A stretch of DNA of 64,000 nt from a virus (lineage: Duplodnaviria; Caudoviricetes), in the IMG/VR virus record IMGVR_UViG_3300025715_000012, positions 83,413-147,412 of that record; one strand, 5' to 3'. Each line of letters opens with the position of its first letter. The first letter of the stretch is position 1. Under the pieces are notes generated by a model, which saw only the letters and a list, made by a program, of their open reading frames with translations, had not been told where the DNA came from and searched no databases. Shown in pieces: positions 1-10,664 of this stretch. The position numbers were made by a program, and so were the translations under genes.

Positions 1-1
1 T

Positions 2-220
2 GGAAGAGTTGAAGCAGGTGATGTATCCAATCAAACATTGGAAAATGTGTCTGTTCAATTTGAGACATCCCCAATGCATAGAATTAGTTATAAGTTGTTA
101 CCATACTCAGCTAAACCAATGGAGGTCACTGAAATAAGACAATATTGCCCGAACTGCGGATACAGAATTCGTAATAATAGTTGGAAATATTGTCCAAAAT
201 GCTCACAAAAAATTGAGTAA
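2..220 (+). CDS. 5'-truncated phage protein with C-terminal zinc ribbon
   Basis: Frame open from the window start (GRVEAGDVSNQTLEN...); ends CPNCG...CPKC. Confidence 0.7.
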   Translation, partial: GRVEAGDVSNQTLENVSVQFETSPMHRISYKLLPYSAKPMEVTEIRQYCPNCGYRIRNNSWKYCPKCSQKIE

Positions 221-238
221 AAAATAATTTATAAAAAC

Positions 239-859
239 ATGAAAAAGAATATAGATATAATTTGTATAATAGATAAATCTGGTTCTATGAGCCCCATAAA
301 GAATGACGCCATAGGGGGATTTAATAGTTTTCTTGAAGATCAGAAAAAAGCTGAATATCAAGCTTTTATGACAATTGTTTTATTTGATACTCGATTTAAA
401 AAAATATCTGATGAGATTGCTGTACAAAAAATAGAGCCTTTAAATGGAACCACTTATAGTCCTGGTGGCAATACCGCTCTATATGATGCTATCGGACAAG
501 AGATCGATAACTATTTAGATTATTTAGCATCTTTACCAAAAGAAGAAAGAAGCGAAAAAGCTCTTTTTGTGATATTAACAGATGGGGAAGAAAATTCCTC
601 CAAAATCTATCATAAAGAATTGATAAAGAATATGATAGAAGATGTGAGAGAAAATATCGGAATAGAATTTATTTATTTGGGTGCAAATCAAGACTCGTTT
701 TTGGCAGCGACAAATATAGGAATATCCGGTAATAATTCTTTCAATTATGCTGCAACTGGGGATGGAATAAAACTAGCCTACTCTAAGATATCCGAGGCAA
801 CAGCATATTATTCAACAACAGAAGCCAAAGAAGATTTGTTTCAACAAGAAAAGAAATAA
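239..859 (+). CDS. von Willebrand factor A (vWA) domain protein
   Basis: MIDAS motif DKSGSM, GNTALYDAIG, ILTDGEEN. Confidence 0.9.
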   Translation: MKKNIDIICIIDKSGSMSPIKNDAIGGFNSFLEDQKKAEYQAFMTIVLFDTRFKKISDEIAVQKIEPLNGTTYSPGGNTALYDAIGQEIDNYLDYLASLPKEERSEKALFVILTDGEENSSKIYHKELIKNMIEDVRENIGIEFIYLGANQDSFLAATNIGISGNNSFNYAATGDGIKLAYSKISEATAYYSTTEAKEDLFQQEKK

Positions 860-878
860 TTTTTAAATTATTTTTGTT

Positions 879-911
879 AAAAAAACCAGATTTAAAAAAT
901 CTGGTTTTTTT
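879..911. terminator. Intrinsic terminator hairpin
   Basis: AAAAAAACCAGATTT-loop-AAATCTGGTTTTTTT inverted repeat with T tract. Confidence 0.75.
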
Positions 912-949
912 ATTTAAATATATAACTATAATAAAAAAATGTATTCAAC

Positions 950-1402
950 ATGATAATAAAGTTTGAAAATTATTTGAATGAAAACATATTTATAAAAAAT
1001 AAATATAAGAAACTTTATGATAAACTTTATGATTATATAGAGAACGGTCGTATAAGAATGATACCGAATATTTATTCAAATTTATATAGATTCAAAATTG
1101 AAAAAAATGCTGTATCAGTCGAGGATGATCCATTTGGTGAAGAAGGGGGGAGAAAAATCACTGTTGAAGTGTCAATAAAAAAACAAGTTGACATGGATAT
1201 ATTAAGATTGTATGAATATATTTTAGCAATAGATGGGAATGAAGTTGATATGCCAAGTTATTATGTCAAAAAATTATATGATTTATTGGATGATAGAGAA
1301 GAAGAAAATAGAGAAGAAGAAGAAAGGAAAAAGGAAGAACTGGAAATAAAACGTCAAAAAGAACGAGAAGATAAAATTAGAAATATAGAAGAAATATTGT
1401 AA
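950..1402 (+). CDS. Hypothetical protein with capsid-targeting-like leader and DDPFGEE motif
   Basis: MIIKFENYLNE leader; AAATATATAA at 916-925; paralogous to both halves of the next ORF. Confidence 0.75.
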   Translation: MIIKFENYLNENIFIKNKYKKLYDKLYDYIENGRIRMIPNIYSNLYRFKIEKNAVSVEDDPFGEEGGRKITVEVSIKKQVDMDILRLYEYILAIDGNEVDMPSYYVKKLYDLLDDREEENREEEERKKEELEIKRQKEREDKIRNIEEIL

Positions 1403-1406
1403 AATT

Positions 1407-2267
1407 ATGTTAATCAAATTTGAAGATTATTTAGGTGAAAGTATATTCAATAAAAAATATCAAAAATTATTTGATAATTTATATAATTATATTAAAAAAA
1501 ACATACAACTTATAGATGTTGAAACGACAAAAGATTATCCATACAACACTTATGCTTTCAACATTGTGAGATCTATTAAACCTGATTCAGATGATCCATT
1601 TGGAGAAGATTCTGAATCCAAAAAAATTAGAATAAGATTATCAAGAGGTTACGCTTCATTTACATTGGTGATCAATAAAGATATAATTGATATGCCATCC
1701 AATGATATTAGAAAATTATACAATTTGATAGATAATAGAGCTTCAATAATAAGAAAAAATATAGAAAAAGGAAAAGAAAGGGAAAAAGAGGAAAGAATTA
1801 AAAATCTTGATAGTTTTTTTGAAAAAAAAATGTCGAAAAAAGATTATTTAGACGAGTCTCTGTTCAAATCCAATAAATTATATAGCGAATTGTATAAAAA
1901 TTTATATAACTATATTCTCAAAAACTATTCTAAATTGAATGTCATAAAAGATAGAAATAATGAATACGAAATCAATCTAATAAAAACAGATCTTATGGAT
2001 GAAGATGAATTCGGTGAAGATTCATCAACGACAATTTTGAAAATAAAAATCGAAAAAAATCGTGATTTTTCTTCATGGTTTAAAGATTATTGGTATGCAT
2101 TATATATCAATGGAGATAGAATAGATATGGAATATCGATATCTCATTAAATTGTATAATTTAATAGATAAAATAGAAAAGTCAAAAGAAAAAGAAGAGTT
2201 CAAACATTCTGAAAAAGAAAAAGATGAAAAGTTGACGAGTGTTATTGATATTTTAAAAAATAAATAA
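1407..2267 (+). CDS. Hypothetical two-repeat protein, paralog of 950..1402
   Basis: MLIKFEDYLGE leader; two repeats (DDPFGEDS...IDMP..KLYNLID and DEFGEDS...IDME..KLYNLID) separated by DYLDE. Confidence 0.75.
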   Translation: MLIKFEDYLGESIFNKKYQKLFDNLYNYIKKNIQLIDVETTKDYPYNTYAFNIVRSIKPDSDDPFGEDSESKKIRIRLSRGYASFTLVINKDIIDMPSNDIRKLYNLIDNRASIIRKNIEKGKEREKEERIKNLDSFFEKKMSKKDYLDESLFKSNKLYSELYKNLYNYILKNYSKLNVIKDRNNEYEINLIKTDLMDEDEFGEDSSTTILKIKIEKNRDFSSWFKDYWYALYINGDRIDMEYRYLIKLYNLIDKIEKSKEKEEFKHSEKEKDEKLTSVIDILKNK

Positions 2268-2272
2268 AAAAT

Positions 2273-2488
2273 ATGAAAATTAAAAAATTTGATGAGCAAT
2301 TTTTATGGGATGCTGGTAATATGAAAGCTCTAAAATCATATATAGATAAAGATGATAATAAATTATATCAAATAAAAGTAAATGAGCCTTTTGAAATAAA
2401 AACAAAGGATTCAGAAACTTATTACAAATTAAAGTTCATATTGAACTCATATAAAATATCTTTCGAAGATTCTATAACGAATCTATAA
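2273..2488 (+). CDS. Hypothetical protein with leader MKIKKFDE
   Basis: ORF in operon context; leader motif. Confidence 0.6.
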   Translation: MKIKKFDEQFLWDAGNMKALKSYIDKDDNKLYQIKVNEPFEIKTKDSETYYKLKFILNSYKISFEDSITNL

Positions 2489-2505
2489 TTCAAAAAACAC
2501 AAAAA

Positions 2506-2751
2506 ATGATGGAGAATAAAAAATTCACAGATGATGAATTTGAAAAACTTTTAGATAAAAGAAATAAAACTCTTCATATGATAATGGAATCATATAATGA
2601 AAGAACAAAAGATTACGATTTATCTTTTTATAATCTTGATATAATTGAAAATGAAATATATAACCATTTAAAAACAAAGGATGATGAGTTTATAAATAAA
2701 ATAATAGAAAAAAATGATTGGATAAAAAGAAAGAGGATAGAAGAATTATAG
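2506..2751 (+). CDS. Hypothetical protein
   Basis: ORF in operon context. Confidence 0.55.
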   Translation: MMENKKFTDDEFEKLLDKRNKTLHMIMESYNERTKDYDLSFYNLDIIENEIYNHLKTKDDEFINKIIEKNDWIKRKRIEEL

Positions 2752-3390
2752 TTTCAACTTTTTAGCTACATCCATAACACCTTTGACATCTCCTTCACAA
2801 TATTTCATGATAGATTCTTTGTCTTTTCTGTTCCAATAATAATCATAAATCTTTTTTCCATCCAGTGTAGACTTGGGATTTTCTATGCCGAGAGCATAAG
2901 TAACTTCTTCGAGCGAGGCACCGAGATTTGAACCATTTTTCCATATATCATAAATATCTGTGACAAGTATTTCCCAAGGCTTTAATCCATTGAAATTCAA
3001 TGATAAAGGTATGTCTATATTATATTTATACATCTTTCTTACAATCCAAGGTATATCGAAACTTTTTATTCTAAATCCGCATATTCTTTTATTTGTTTTG
3101 CTAACTCTATCAAAGACTCCCTTTATCTTTTGAATCAATTTTTCTTCATCATCATCAATAACACTTCTTATTTGTATAACTCCTTCTGTATCATACACAC
3201 CAAAAGACATACAAATTATTTTTCCAAACTCTGGCAAAAGCGGAGCATTTTCTATATAGAAATTTTCAATGTTGGCAGACGGATCCGTCAATCTTTTCGT
3301 AAAAATATTTCTACCTTCGGCATTCATATCCATAAAATTAGGATATTCTGATGTCGTTTCAATATCAAAATAAAAAAGGTCTTTATACAT
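2746..3390 (-). CDS. DnaQ/PolB-related stand-alone 3'-5' exonuclease
   Basis: ExoI FDIET, ExoII IKSFDIP, ExoIII YCEGDV; TATATTTG box at 3423-3430 (-); start moved to MYKDL. Confidence 0.85.
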   Translation of the reverse strand: MYKDLFYFDIETTSEYPNFMDMNAEGRNIFTKRLTDPSANIENFYIENAPLLPEFGKIICMSFGVYDTEGVIQIRSVIDDDEEKLIQKIKGVFDRVSKTNKRICGFRIKSFDIPWIVRKMYKYNIDIPLSLNFNGLKPWEILVTDIYDIWKNGSNLGASLEEVTYALGIENPKSTLDGKKIYDYYWNRKDKESIMKYCEGDVKGVMDVAKKLKL

Positions 3391-3496
3391 TTTTATACTA
3401 CTTGGCATATTAATTAATATCACAAATATAGTAAATTGTTTTTAATTAAAAAAGTTGATTTGAAAAAAATAATATATAAGAAAAAAAACGTGTTCT

Positions 3497-3865
3497 ATGT
3501 TCAAAAAGAAAAAAAATCTGTTAATAGTTGAAGATGACTTTGATACAGTAAAAATGTTAAAGAAAATGTTAAAAAAGTTTAATTTAAACATCTATGTGAG
3601 CGATACTGGAGAAAACGCTCTTGATGTTATGAAAAATAAAAAAATAGATATTGTTTTAATGGACTATAAACTGCCTTATAAAAATGGTATATTATTGACA
3701 AAAGAAATAAGAAAAATAAATGGGGATATTCCAATAATTTTGGAAACTGGTGAATCAAAACTTTTTGGCAATATGGATACTGTAAAAGGATTTCAGTTCG
3801 ATGATATAATTGAAAAGCCATTGACAATGGATAAAGTGACGGATGTAGTAAAAGAATATATTTAA
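3497..3865 (+). CDS. CheY-like response regulator receiver domain
   Basis: LIVEDD, VLMDYKLP (phospho-acceptor Asp), IEKP; TAATATATA at 3470-3478. Confidence 0.9.
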   Translation: MFKKKKNLLIVEDDFDTVKMLKKMLKKFNLNIYVSDTGENALDVMKNKKIDIVLMDYKLPYKNGILLTKEIRKINGDIPIILETGESKLFGNMDTVKGFQFDDIIEKPLTMDKVTDVVKEYI

Positions 3866-3866
3866 A

Positions 3867-4196
3867 ATGAAACACTTGAAATTATATGAGCAGCTTGATT
3901 TTGAGGATCTATCGGACGAAGAACTTTTTGGTGATGAGAAAGATTTATTTCTAGGTAAAAATGGAAATACACTATATGTTTTATATGATCCAGAATGCAA
4001 ATCTGGAAGATTTAATAGATATTTGATGTATCGTGACCGATCAGATTATTATCCTTCGTATCCAAGAACTATTTTTACTCTGAATGTTTTGCCAGAAGAA
4101 AATTCTAAGATTGGATATTCATCTTATCAAGGTGGTATTCATTACACAACATGGAAAAATTTGGATCCAGAAATAAAGAAAAGAATAAAATTATGA
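3867..4196 (+). CDS. DLSDEELFG-tag cassette protein
   Basis: MKHLKLYEQLDFEDLSDEELFG N-terminus; TTWKNLDPEIKKRIKL C-terminus. Confidence 0.8.
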   Translation: MKHLKLYEQLDFEDLSDEELFGDEKDLFLGKNGNTLYVLYDPECKSGRFNRYLMYRDRSDYYPSYPRTIFTLNVLPEENSKIGYSSYQGGIHYTTWKNLDPEIKKRIKL

Positions 4197-4524
4197 AACA
4201 TATAAAATTATACGAGCAATATGATTTTGAAGATCTGTCAGACGAGGAGTTATTCGGTAAACAAGAAAAAGATTTATTTTTAGGTGAAAATGGGGGGGGG
4301 GGGGGGGGGCATTGTATATTTTGTGTCCTTCTGATAATTCACTTGATGTTGTTATATATGATCATATGGATGGAGTTGGCAAAGAAATATACCCAAGAGC
4401 AATGTTCGAATATAAATTTATTGTTAAAGAAAATTCTAGAATAGCGTATTTAGAGAATCGCAGGTTTCATTATACAACATGGAAAAAACTGGATCCAGAA
4501 ATAAAAGAAAGAATAAAAATATGA
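4193..4524 (+). pseudogene. DLSDEELFG-tag cassette gene frameshifted at a G18 tract
   Basis: Leader frame shifts at poly-G 4292-4309; downstream frame gives ALYILCP...TTWKKLDPEIKERIKI, matching the paralogs. Confidence 0.8.
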
Positions 4525-4841
4525 AACACGTAAAACTATACGAACAATTTGATTTTGAGGATCTTTCGGACGATGAACTTTTTGGTAAACAAGAGAAAGA
4601 TTTAACGATTGCAATATGTTCTGGTGATTATTATATTGTATATGCTTTTACAAATGAGATTCATATTTTTAATGAATACTTAACAAATGATGATGAACCT
4701 GGATATCCTATGAGAATATTTCATTTCGCTGAATATGTCCCAAGAGACACCCAAACCATATGTTATAGAAAAGGGGGTAATACAGCTAGATGTCTATGGA
4801 AAGATTTGTCAGAAGAAATAAAAGAAAGAATACAAATATGA
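4521..4841 (+). CDS. DLSDEELFG-tag cassette protein
   Basis: MKHVKLYEQFDFEDLSDDELFG; LWKDLSEEIKERIQI; ATGA overlaps at both ends. Confidence 0.8.
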   Translation: MKHVKLYEQFDFEDLSDDELFGKQEKDLTIAICSGDYYIVYAFTNEIHIFNEYLTNDDEPGYPMRIFHFAEYVPRDTQTICYRKGGNTARCLWKDLSEEIKERIQI

Positions 4842-5146
4842 AACATTTGAAAATATATGAACAATTTGACGAGAATGATCCTTGGGGTGAAGAGATCGTT
4901 CGTAATAATGACGAAATAAGACCAGAAATATATTTTACAATTGATTGTGATGGCGATATTGAATACGTGACTCCAATGGAATATGAAGACTTTGTGGAAA
5001 ATTTAGTAAATGGTGGAACTATACCTGTCGCTGAAAGAACCGAAGGAACTATATATCCAGATGGAAGAATTGTTTATCGGATTTGTACAGAAGTCAGTGA
5101 AGATTGGAATGATGATGTTTGGGAAGACAACGAAGTATTTATTTAA
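4838..5146 (+). CDS. Acidic protein with leader and DPWGEE tag
   Basis: MKHLKIYEQFDENDPWGEE. Confidence 0.8.
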   Translation: MKHLKIYEQFDENDPWGEEIVRNNDEIRPEIYFTIDCDGDIEYVTPMEYEDFVENLVNGGTIPVAERTEGTIYPDGRIVYRICTEVSEDWNDDVWEDNEVFI

Positions 5147-5162
5147 AAAAATGAAAAAAAAA

Positions 5163-5213
5163 ATGAAGAAACTGAAACTATATGAACAATTTCGATCAGT
5201 ATTTAGATGTTAA
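5163..5213 (+). pseudogene. Leader-only remnant
   Basis: MKKLKLYEQFRSVFRC*. Confidence 0.45.
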
Positions 5214-5250
5214 AAAAATTATATATAATAAAAAAAATAAAGACATTTAG

Positions 5251-5970
5251 ATGATAACCAAATATAATGAATATATTAAAGAAAACTCAGAATATAAACT
5301 CGATGGAAGAAATGGATTTTTTATGTTTTTGAAGACATTAGATGAGTTGAAAATGACATTTATAAAAACGAATCATTATTTATCAATAGGTAAATATTTA
5401 TATTTTTTCACAACAGAAAATTTGAAAAACAAAGACTCTGCTATTGATATATTAGATGATGTCATTTCTCTAAAAGTTTTATCAAAGACCTTGGAAGAAA
5501 ATAAAGACAAAAGATTATCTTTTTATTTTGGCGTCAAAGGATATAGTTTTGAATACGGGCTATGTGATGATATGACAAGCGAAGTTTATATGACGGGTGA
5601 ATTTGTTATAGATAATAATTTTTTGAAAAGTTTAAAATCGTATAAATGTTTGGTTATGATAGAAGATATTCTAAAAAAATCTAATGTGAGAAACCTCATA
5701 CTATTACACGAGATAAAAAATCATTTAAAGTCTTGGTATCCAGATAAAGGAAAACCAGTTATATTGAGCGAAGAAGTTCTAAAAAAGACAATATCCAGAT
5801 CTGATATAGGAGATGAAGCATATGATAAAGTGCTCTTTCGATATGAGCAATGGTGCGAAAAATATAAATGGATAGATAAAGTTTTTTATTATCTTGATGA
5901 TGACGAAGAGAAAAAAGAGATAACATTTTATATAAAAATTAAACCGAAAATTAAAGATAAAGAGTTGTGA
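5251..5970 (+). CDS. Hypothetical protein with leader MITKYNEYIKE
   Basis: 239-aa ORF; TATATATAA upstream; current stop codon supplied by the inserted element. Confidence 0.75.
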   Translation: MITKYNEYIKENSEYKLDGRNGFFMFLKTLDELKMTFIKTNHYLSIGKYLYFFTTENLKNKDSAIDILDDVISLKVLSKTLEENKDKRLSFYFGVKGYSFEYGLCDDMTSEVYMTGEFVIDNNFLKSLKSYKCLVMIEDILKKSNVRNLILLHEIKNHLKSWYPDKGKPVILSEEVLKKTISRSDIGDEAYDKVLFRYEQWCEKYKWIDKVFYYLDDDEEKKEITFYIKIKPKIKDKEL

Positions 5971-6016
5971 ACTACCACTAAACTAAAGATTTAGTGGTTT
6001 TCTTTGGAAATTGATT
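5967..6016 (-). mobile_element. 50-bp minimal IS200/IS605-type non-autonomous element (single hairpin)
   Basis: Minus strand: TTTAT|AATCAATTTCCAAAGAAAACCACTAAATCTTTAGTTTAGTGGTAGTTCAC; removal gives ...GAG TTA TAA, the same KDKEL* terminus. Confidence 0.75.
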
Positions 6017-6078
6017 ATAAATATTTTTTTATTAAAAATAATTATCATATTTTTGTTTAAAATAAAATATTGAGCCCT

Positions 6079-6399
6079 ATGCACGAAGAAACTGATAACT
6101 ATAATGTTATAGATGACTTAAATGAAACAAATCTTCTTATCAAAAAATATGACAGGAAGATAAAAATCTTTGGTTCTTTATATAAAGTGTCGAGAGTATT
6201 ATATTTTTTGACACCACTTGTTTTGTTTGCGGCAATATTTGGCGTAAATATTTTTGTAGTGCTGGGAATAACAGCATTTTCTATTTTATTTACCGGATAT
6301 CTATCTCTAAGATTTAAAACTCTATATTATATAAATTATTATGCTCTAAGTGGATTTGGTCAGTATAAAGAAAAGTTGATAGGAGAGATGTCAAAATGA
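6079..6399 (+). CDS. Small two-TM membrane protein
   Basis: Two hydrophobic segments; TATTTTTG box at 6048-6055. Confidence 0.65.
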   Translation: MHEETDNYNVIDDLNETNLLIKKYDRKIKIFGSLYKVSRVLYFLTPLVLFAAIFGVNIFVVLGITAFSILFTGYLSLRFKTLYYINYYALSGFGQYKEKLIGEMSK

Positions 6400-6551
6400 A
6401 AAATATATTGAAACTCTTTATCATTCTCATTGTTGTTTTATTTTTTTCATCTTGTGCGACAACATACAACAATTGCTCGATAAACGAATATAATAAATAT
6501 AGACAGGTACAAAGAACTATGTACAATATCGATAATCAATGTAAATTTTAA
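6396..6551 (+). CDS. Small putative lipoprotein
   Basis: MKNILKLFIILIVVLFFSS-C lipobox-like signal; not in the ORF track (<60 aa). Confidence 0.55.
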   Translation: MKNILKLFIILIVVLFFSSCATTYNNCSINEYNKYRQVQRTMYNIDNQCKF

Positions 6552-6570
6552 ATAAAAAAAATATAAATAT

Positions 6571-6918
6571 ATGGAAATCAAAGATTTTGAATGGAAAGCT
6601 GTTTATAATCATTGTAAAAAAGTTGAGCCTTCTTTAAATGATTATGAAGTAAATGATGTTATCGCTACAAAAGATATCGGTATATTTATACCAGATATGG
6701 AAAATGAATATCTCCATAAAGAAGAAAGTGAAGATTTCAAAGTATATTCTCGAAAAGAGCAGTTTGATATCGAGCCACTCAAAGGAGATATATTATACTT
6801 TGAAAGATTAAACTCCCTATATAGTGTTGATAACGTTGAAGATAAAAATGATTGTTGGTGCTTTACCATTAAAAGATTTTTGGCTTCAGAAGATTTTGTT
6901 TATAATCAATTTTTATAA
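6571..6918 (+). CDS. Hypothetical protein with its C-terminus interrupted by a mobile element
   Basis: Excising 6904-7162 gives ...EDFVY-MDEEILLS*, followed by a terminator. Confidence 0.7.
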   Translation: MEIKDFEWKAVYNHCKKVEPSLNDYEVNDVIATKDIGIFIPDMENEYLHKEESEDFKVYSRKEQFDIEPLKGDILYFERLNSLYSVDNVEDKNDCWCFTIKRFLASEDFVYNQFL

Positions 6919-7162
6919 TGACCCTTTAGTTTGGTGGATGAATTTGACATTTTTTGATATTTAAATATATAATATATATAATATAAGTTCATTGACACCT
7001 TGATTAATTTGGTTCTGTCATAGGTAAAAATCAAGCAAAGCAAAAAATTAGTCTGGTTGTGGGACGCAAGACGGACTTAAAACAAAAATGCGGTGAGGCG
7101 TTCTCGTTGGAGAAGTCTATGAAACGCGAAACTACTAAATCTTTAGTTTAGTGGTAGTTCAT
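6904..7162 (+). mobile_element. 259-bp non-autonomous IS200/IS605 derivative retaining the TnpB 3' tail/omegaRNA end
   Basis: TTTAT|AATCAATTT left end; GGATGAATTTGAC; TnpB-tail-like peptide LKQKCGEAFSLEKSMKRETTKSLV*; right-end hairpin ending GTAGTTCAT. Confidence 0.75.
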
Positions 7163-7200
7163 ATGGATGAAGAGATCCTCCTTTCTTAATTCATTAAAAC

Positions 7201-7230
7201 AAAACCCGGTTGTAGGAAACCGGGTTTTTT
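7201..7230 (+). terminator. Intrinsic terminator
   Basis: AAAACCCGGTT...AACCGGGTTTTTT. Confidence 0.8.
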
Positions 7231-7263
7231 ATTTTAATATATATTTCTAAAAAATAAATAGTC

Positions 7264-7791
7264 TTGAAACATTTAAAAATATACGAACAATTTGACTTTG
7301 ATGATTTTTCAGATGAAGAACTTTTTGGATTCAAAGACGACAATATAAAGATTGGTGATAAAGTTTATTTAATAAATGATGAAAACGCTCTCTATTATGA
7401 ATATGGAGGTGAATTTGTTTCTTCGGCTAATAGAATTAATTTTTCTGAAGAAGTAAAAGATATACAATTTATAAATGGCGAGAAATGTTTAAAAATAACC
7501 GGACTATGGTATAAATCAAGTTGTTTTTCTCTTACATCATTATTGGCGAAAATATCAAAAAAAGAACAATATGATTTTGAAGATCTATCTGATGAAGAAC
7601 TTTTTGGTAAGGAACCATTTGATTATACTGAATTGAAAGTTGGAGATTTGTTAGAATTAAAGAATGGTGAAATTGTAGAAGTTTATGCGGTGCCAAACAA
7701 AACAAGTTCATTATTATACATATTTGGTAGAAGAAGTGGGATTAGAAAAATTGACACAGAAGAAATAAAAAAAGTTATCAAAAAGAAATAA
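7264..7791 (+). CDS. Two-module DLSDEELFG-tag protein with KOW/SH3-like domains
   Basis: Tag occurs twice (FDFDDFSDEELFG; YDFEDLSDEELFG), each followed by [IL]K[IV]GDx[VL]; TAATATATA at 7235. Confidence 0.8.
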   Translation: MKHLKIYEQFDFDDFSDEELFGFKDDNIKIGDKVYLINDENALYYEYGGEFVSSANRINFSEEVKDIQFINGEKCLKITGLWYKSSCFSLTSLLAKISKKEQYDFEDLSDEELFGKEPFDYTELKVGDLLELKNGEIVEVYAVPNKTSSLLYIFGRRSGIRKIDTEEIKKVIKKK

Positions 7792-7819
7792 AAAACCCAG
7801 TTTAAAACTGGGTCTTTTT
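7792..7819. terminator. Bidirectional terminator between convergent genes
   Basis: AAAAACCCAGTTT-A-AAACTGGGTCTTTTT. Confidence 0.7.
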
Positions 7820-7836
7820 CATATTTACTTGTTTTT

Positions 7837-9465
<1,629 letters not shown>

Positions 9466-9473
9466 TTATTTTT

Positions 9474-9665
9474 TTAATTTTTTTTTATATTCTCCACAGT
9501 TACTATAAAACTCTTATACATGTCAGTTTCATTTTCTTCCATTACATATAATGGAGTTTTATTTTCCAATTTATCTGGATCATACATTATTGGGGATATT
9601 TTTAGATTTTTAGAATCTAAAAAATCTCTAATCATATTTAATAAATCTTTTGTTTCCATAAACAT
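9474..9665 (-). CDS. Hypothetical protein
   Basis: ORF within the groES-groEL operon. Confidence 0.5.
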   Translation of the reverse strand: MFMETKDLLNMIRDFLDSKNLKISPIMYDPDKLENKTPLYVMEENETDMYKSFIVTVENIKKN

Positions 9666-9675
9666 TATTTTTTTT

Positions 9676-10164
9676 TTATTTTTCACACCACAATTCAATC
9701 AAATCATTAATTGCTTCATCAAATGGTTTATATCTTTCATTAATTTCATCAAGCCTGGCTCGAACTCTTCTGACCAAATCTTTAGTTTTTTTATCACATT
9801 CTTCTGGGGTATCGCCATAAACATCATGTTCTAACGATCCTAACCATTCCTTTTTTATTGATTTATTTCGAAATATAATAATTTGTTGTAAAGCCTTTGG
9901 ATAATTGTCTTTGCATTCGATATCATGTCCCCATCCTGCCCAATCAGAGTGACCTTTACATCCTGATGCGCCACTGATACCTGATTGAACTTGATTTTCT
10001 GTGTTTTTATTCAATTTTTCAATTTCATTCTCTGTGAAAACCAACATTTTAACACCAGTTTTTTCACCATTTTTATAAGTGTCACAAAAACCATTTCCGT
10101 CTCGCTCACCGCAAGTAATTTCTCCATCACTTATTTCTTTTTTTCTTTTAAAAAATTTCATCAT
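9676..10164 (-). CDS. Hypothetical protein
   Basis: ORF within the groES-groEL operon; ATGA overlap. Confidence 0.6.
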   Translation of the reverse strand: MMKFFKRKKEISDGEITCGERDGNGFCDTYKNGEKTGVKMLVFTENEIEKLNKNTENQVQSGISGASGCKGHSDWAGWGHDIECKDNYPKALQQIIIFRNKSIKKEWLGSLEHDVYGDTPEECDKKTKDLVRRVRARLDEINERYKPFDEAINDLIELWCEK

Positions 10165-10349
10165 CCCTTAAATCCTATTTTTTGATGAGACCCGTCGCAA
10201 TGTGGTTTTGATTTTGATGCTCCGCATCTACATAAGTAACATCTATGCGGCTCAGATATAGTTTTTCCATCATCTTGGACCAATTTAATATCTCCTAAAA
10301 TCATTATTGGCCCATCTTTCAAAATTGTCACAGATACTTTTTCATCCAT
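10161..10349 (-). CDS. CDGSH iron-sulfur domain protein
   Basis: DGP...LCRCGASKSKPHCDGSH. Confidence 0.92.
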   Translation of the reverse strand: MDEKVSVTILKDGPIMILGDIKLVQDDGKTISEPHRCYLCRCGASKSKPHCDGSHQKIGFKG

Positions 10350-10352
10350 AAT

Positions 10353-10643
10353 TTATTCCTCCTCTTTATTTAAAATACAATAGATATCACTTTGTTTTAT
10401 GATGTAATGTTTTTCATCACCGGCATTTAATTCTACGGATCCCCATTTTCTAAAAAACACATCATCATTAACTTTTACTTCCATCACTTCATCTTTAGTT
10501 CCGGGACCAACAGCCAACACTGTTCCTTTTAAATTATCATCTTCTTTTGCGGTTCCAGGTATTATTATACCACCTTTTGTTTTTTCTTCTGCTGGATAAG
10601 GTTTAACCAACACATGATCTTTCAATAGACTTTTTATTACCAT
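10353..10643 (-). CDS. groES: Co-chaperonin GroES
   Basis: EEKTKGGIIIPGTAKE, GTVLAVGPG, VKVND. Confidence 0.95.
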   Translation of the reverse strand: MVIKSLLKDHVLVKPYPAEEKTKGGIIIPGTAKEDDNLKGTVLAVGPGTKDEVMEVKVNDDVFFRKWGSVELNAGDEKHYIIKQSDIYCILNKEEE

Positions 10644-10664
10644 AATTTTTTTATTTTTTTTTAT

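Noticed and set aside
1994-2005. TATGGATGAAGA match to the flank of the 6904-7162 element as an omegaRNA target
   Set aside because: Only about 11-12 nt in an AT-rich sequence; compatible with chance
3867-5146. Regularly spaced repeats as a CRISPR array, integron or DGR
   Set aside because: The repeats are degenerate coding sequence with synonymous variation; no cas, integrase, attC palindromes, reverse transcriptase or adenine-specific TR/VR pair seen
7036-7080. GCAAA...GGGACGCAA, resembling a c-di-GMP-I riboswitch
   Set aside because: The required stems are absent; the sequence fits a TnpB C-terminal/right-end remnant better
6904-7162. Group I intron / IStron
   Set aside because: No P7 or other catalytic core sequence and no terminal G at the right end
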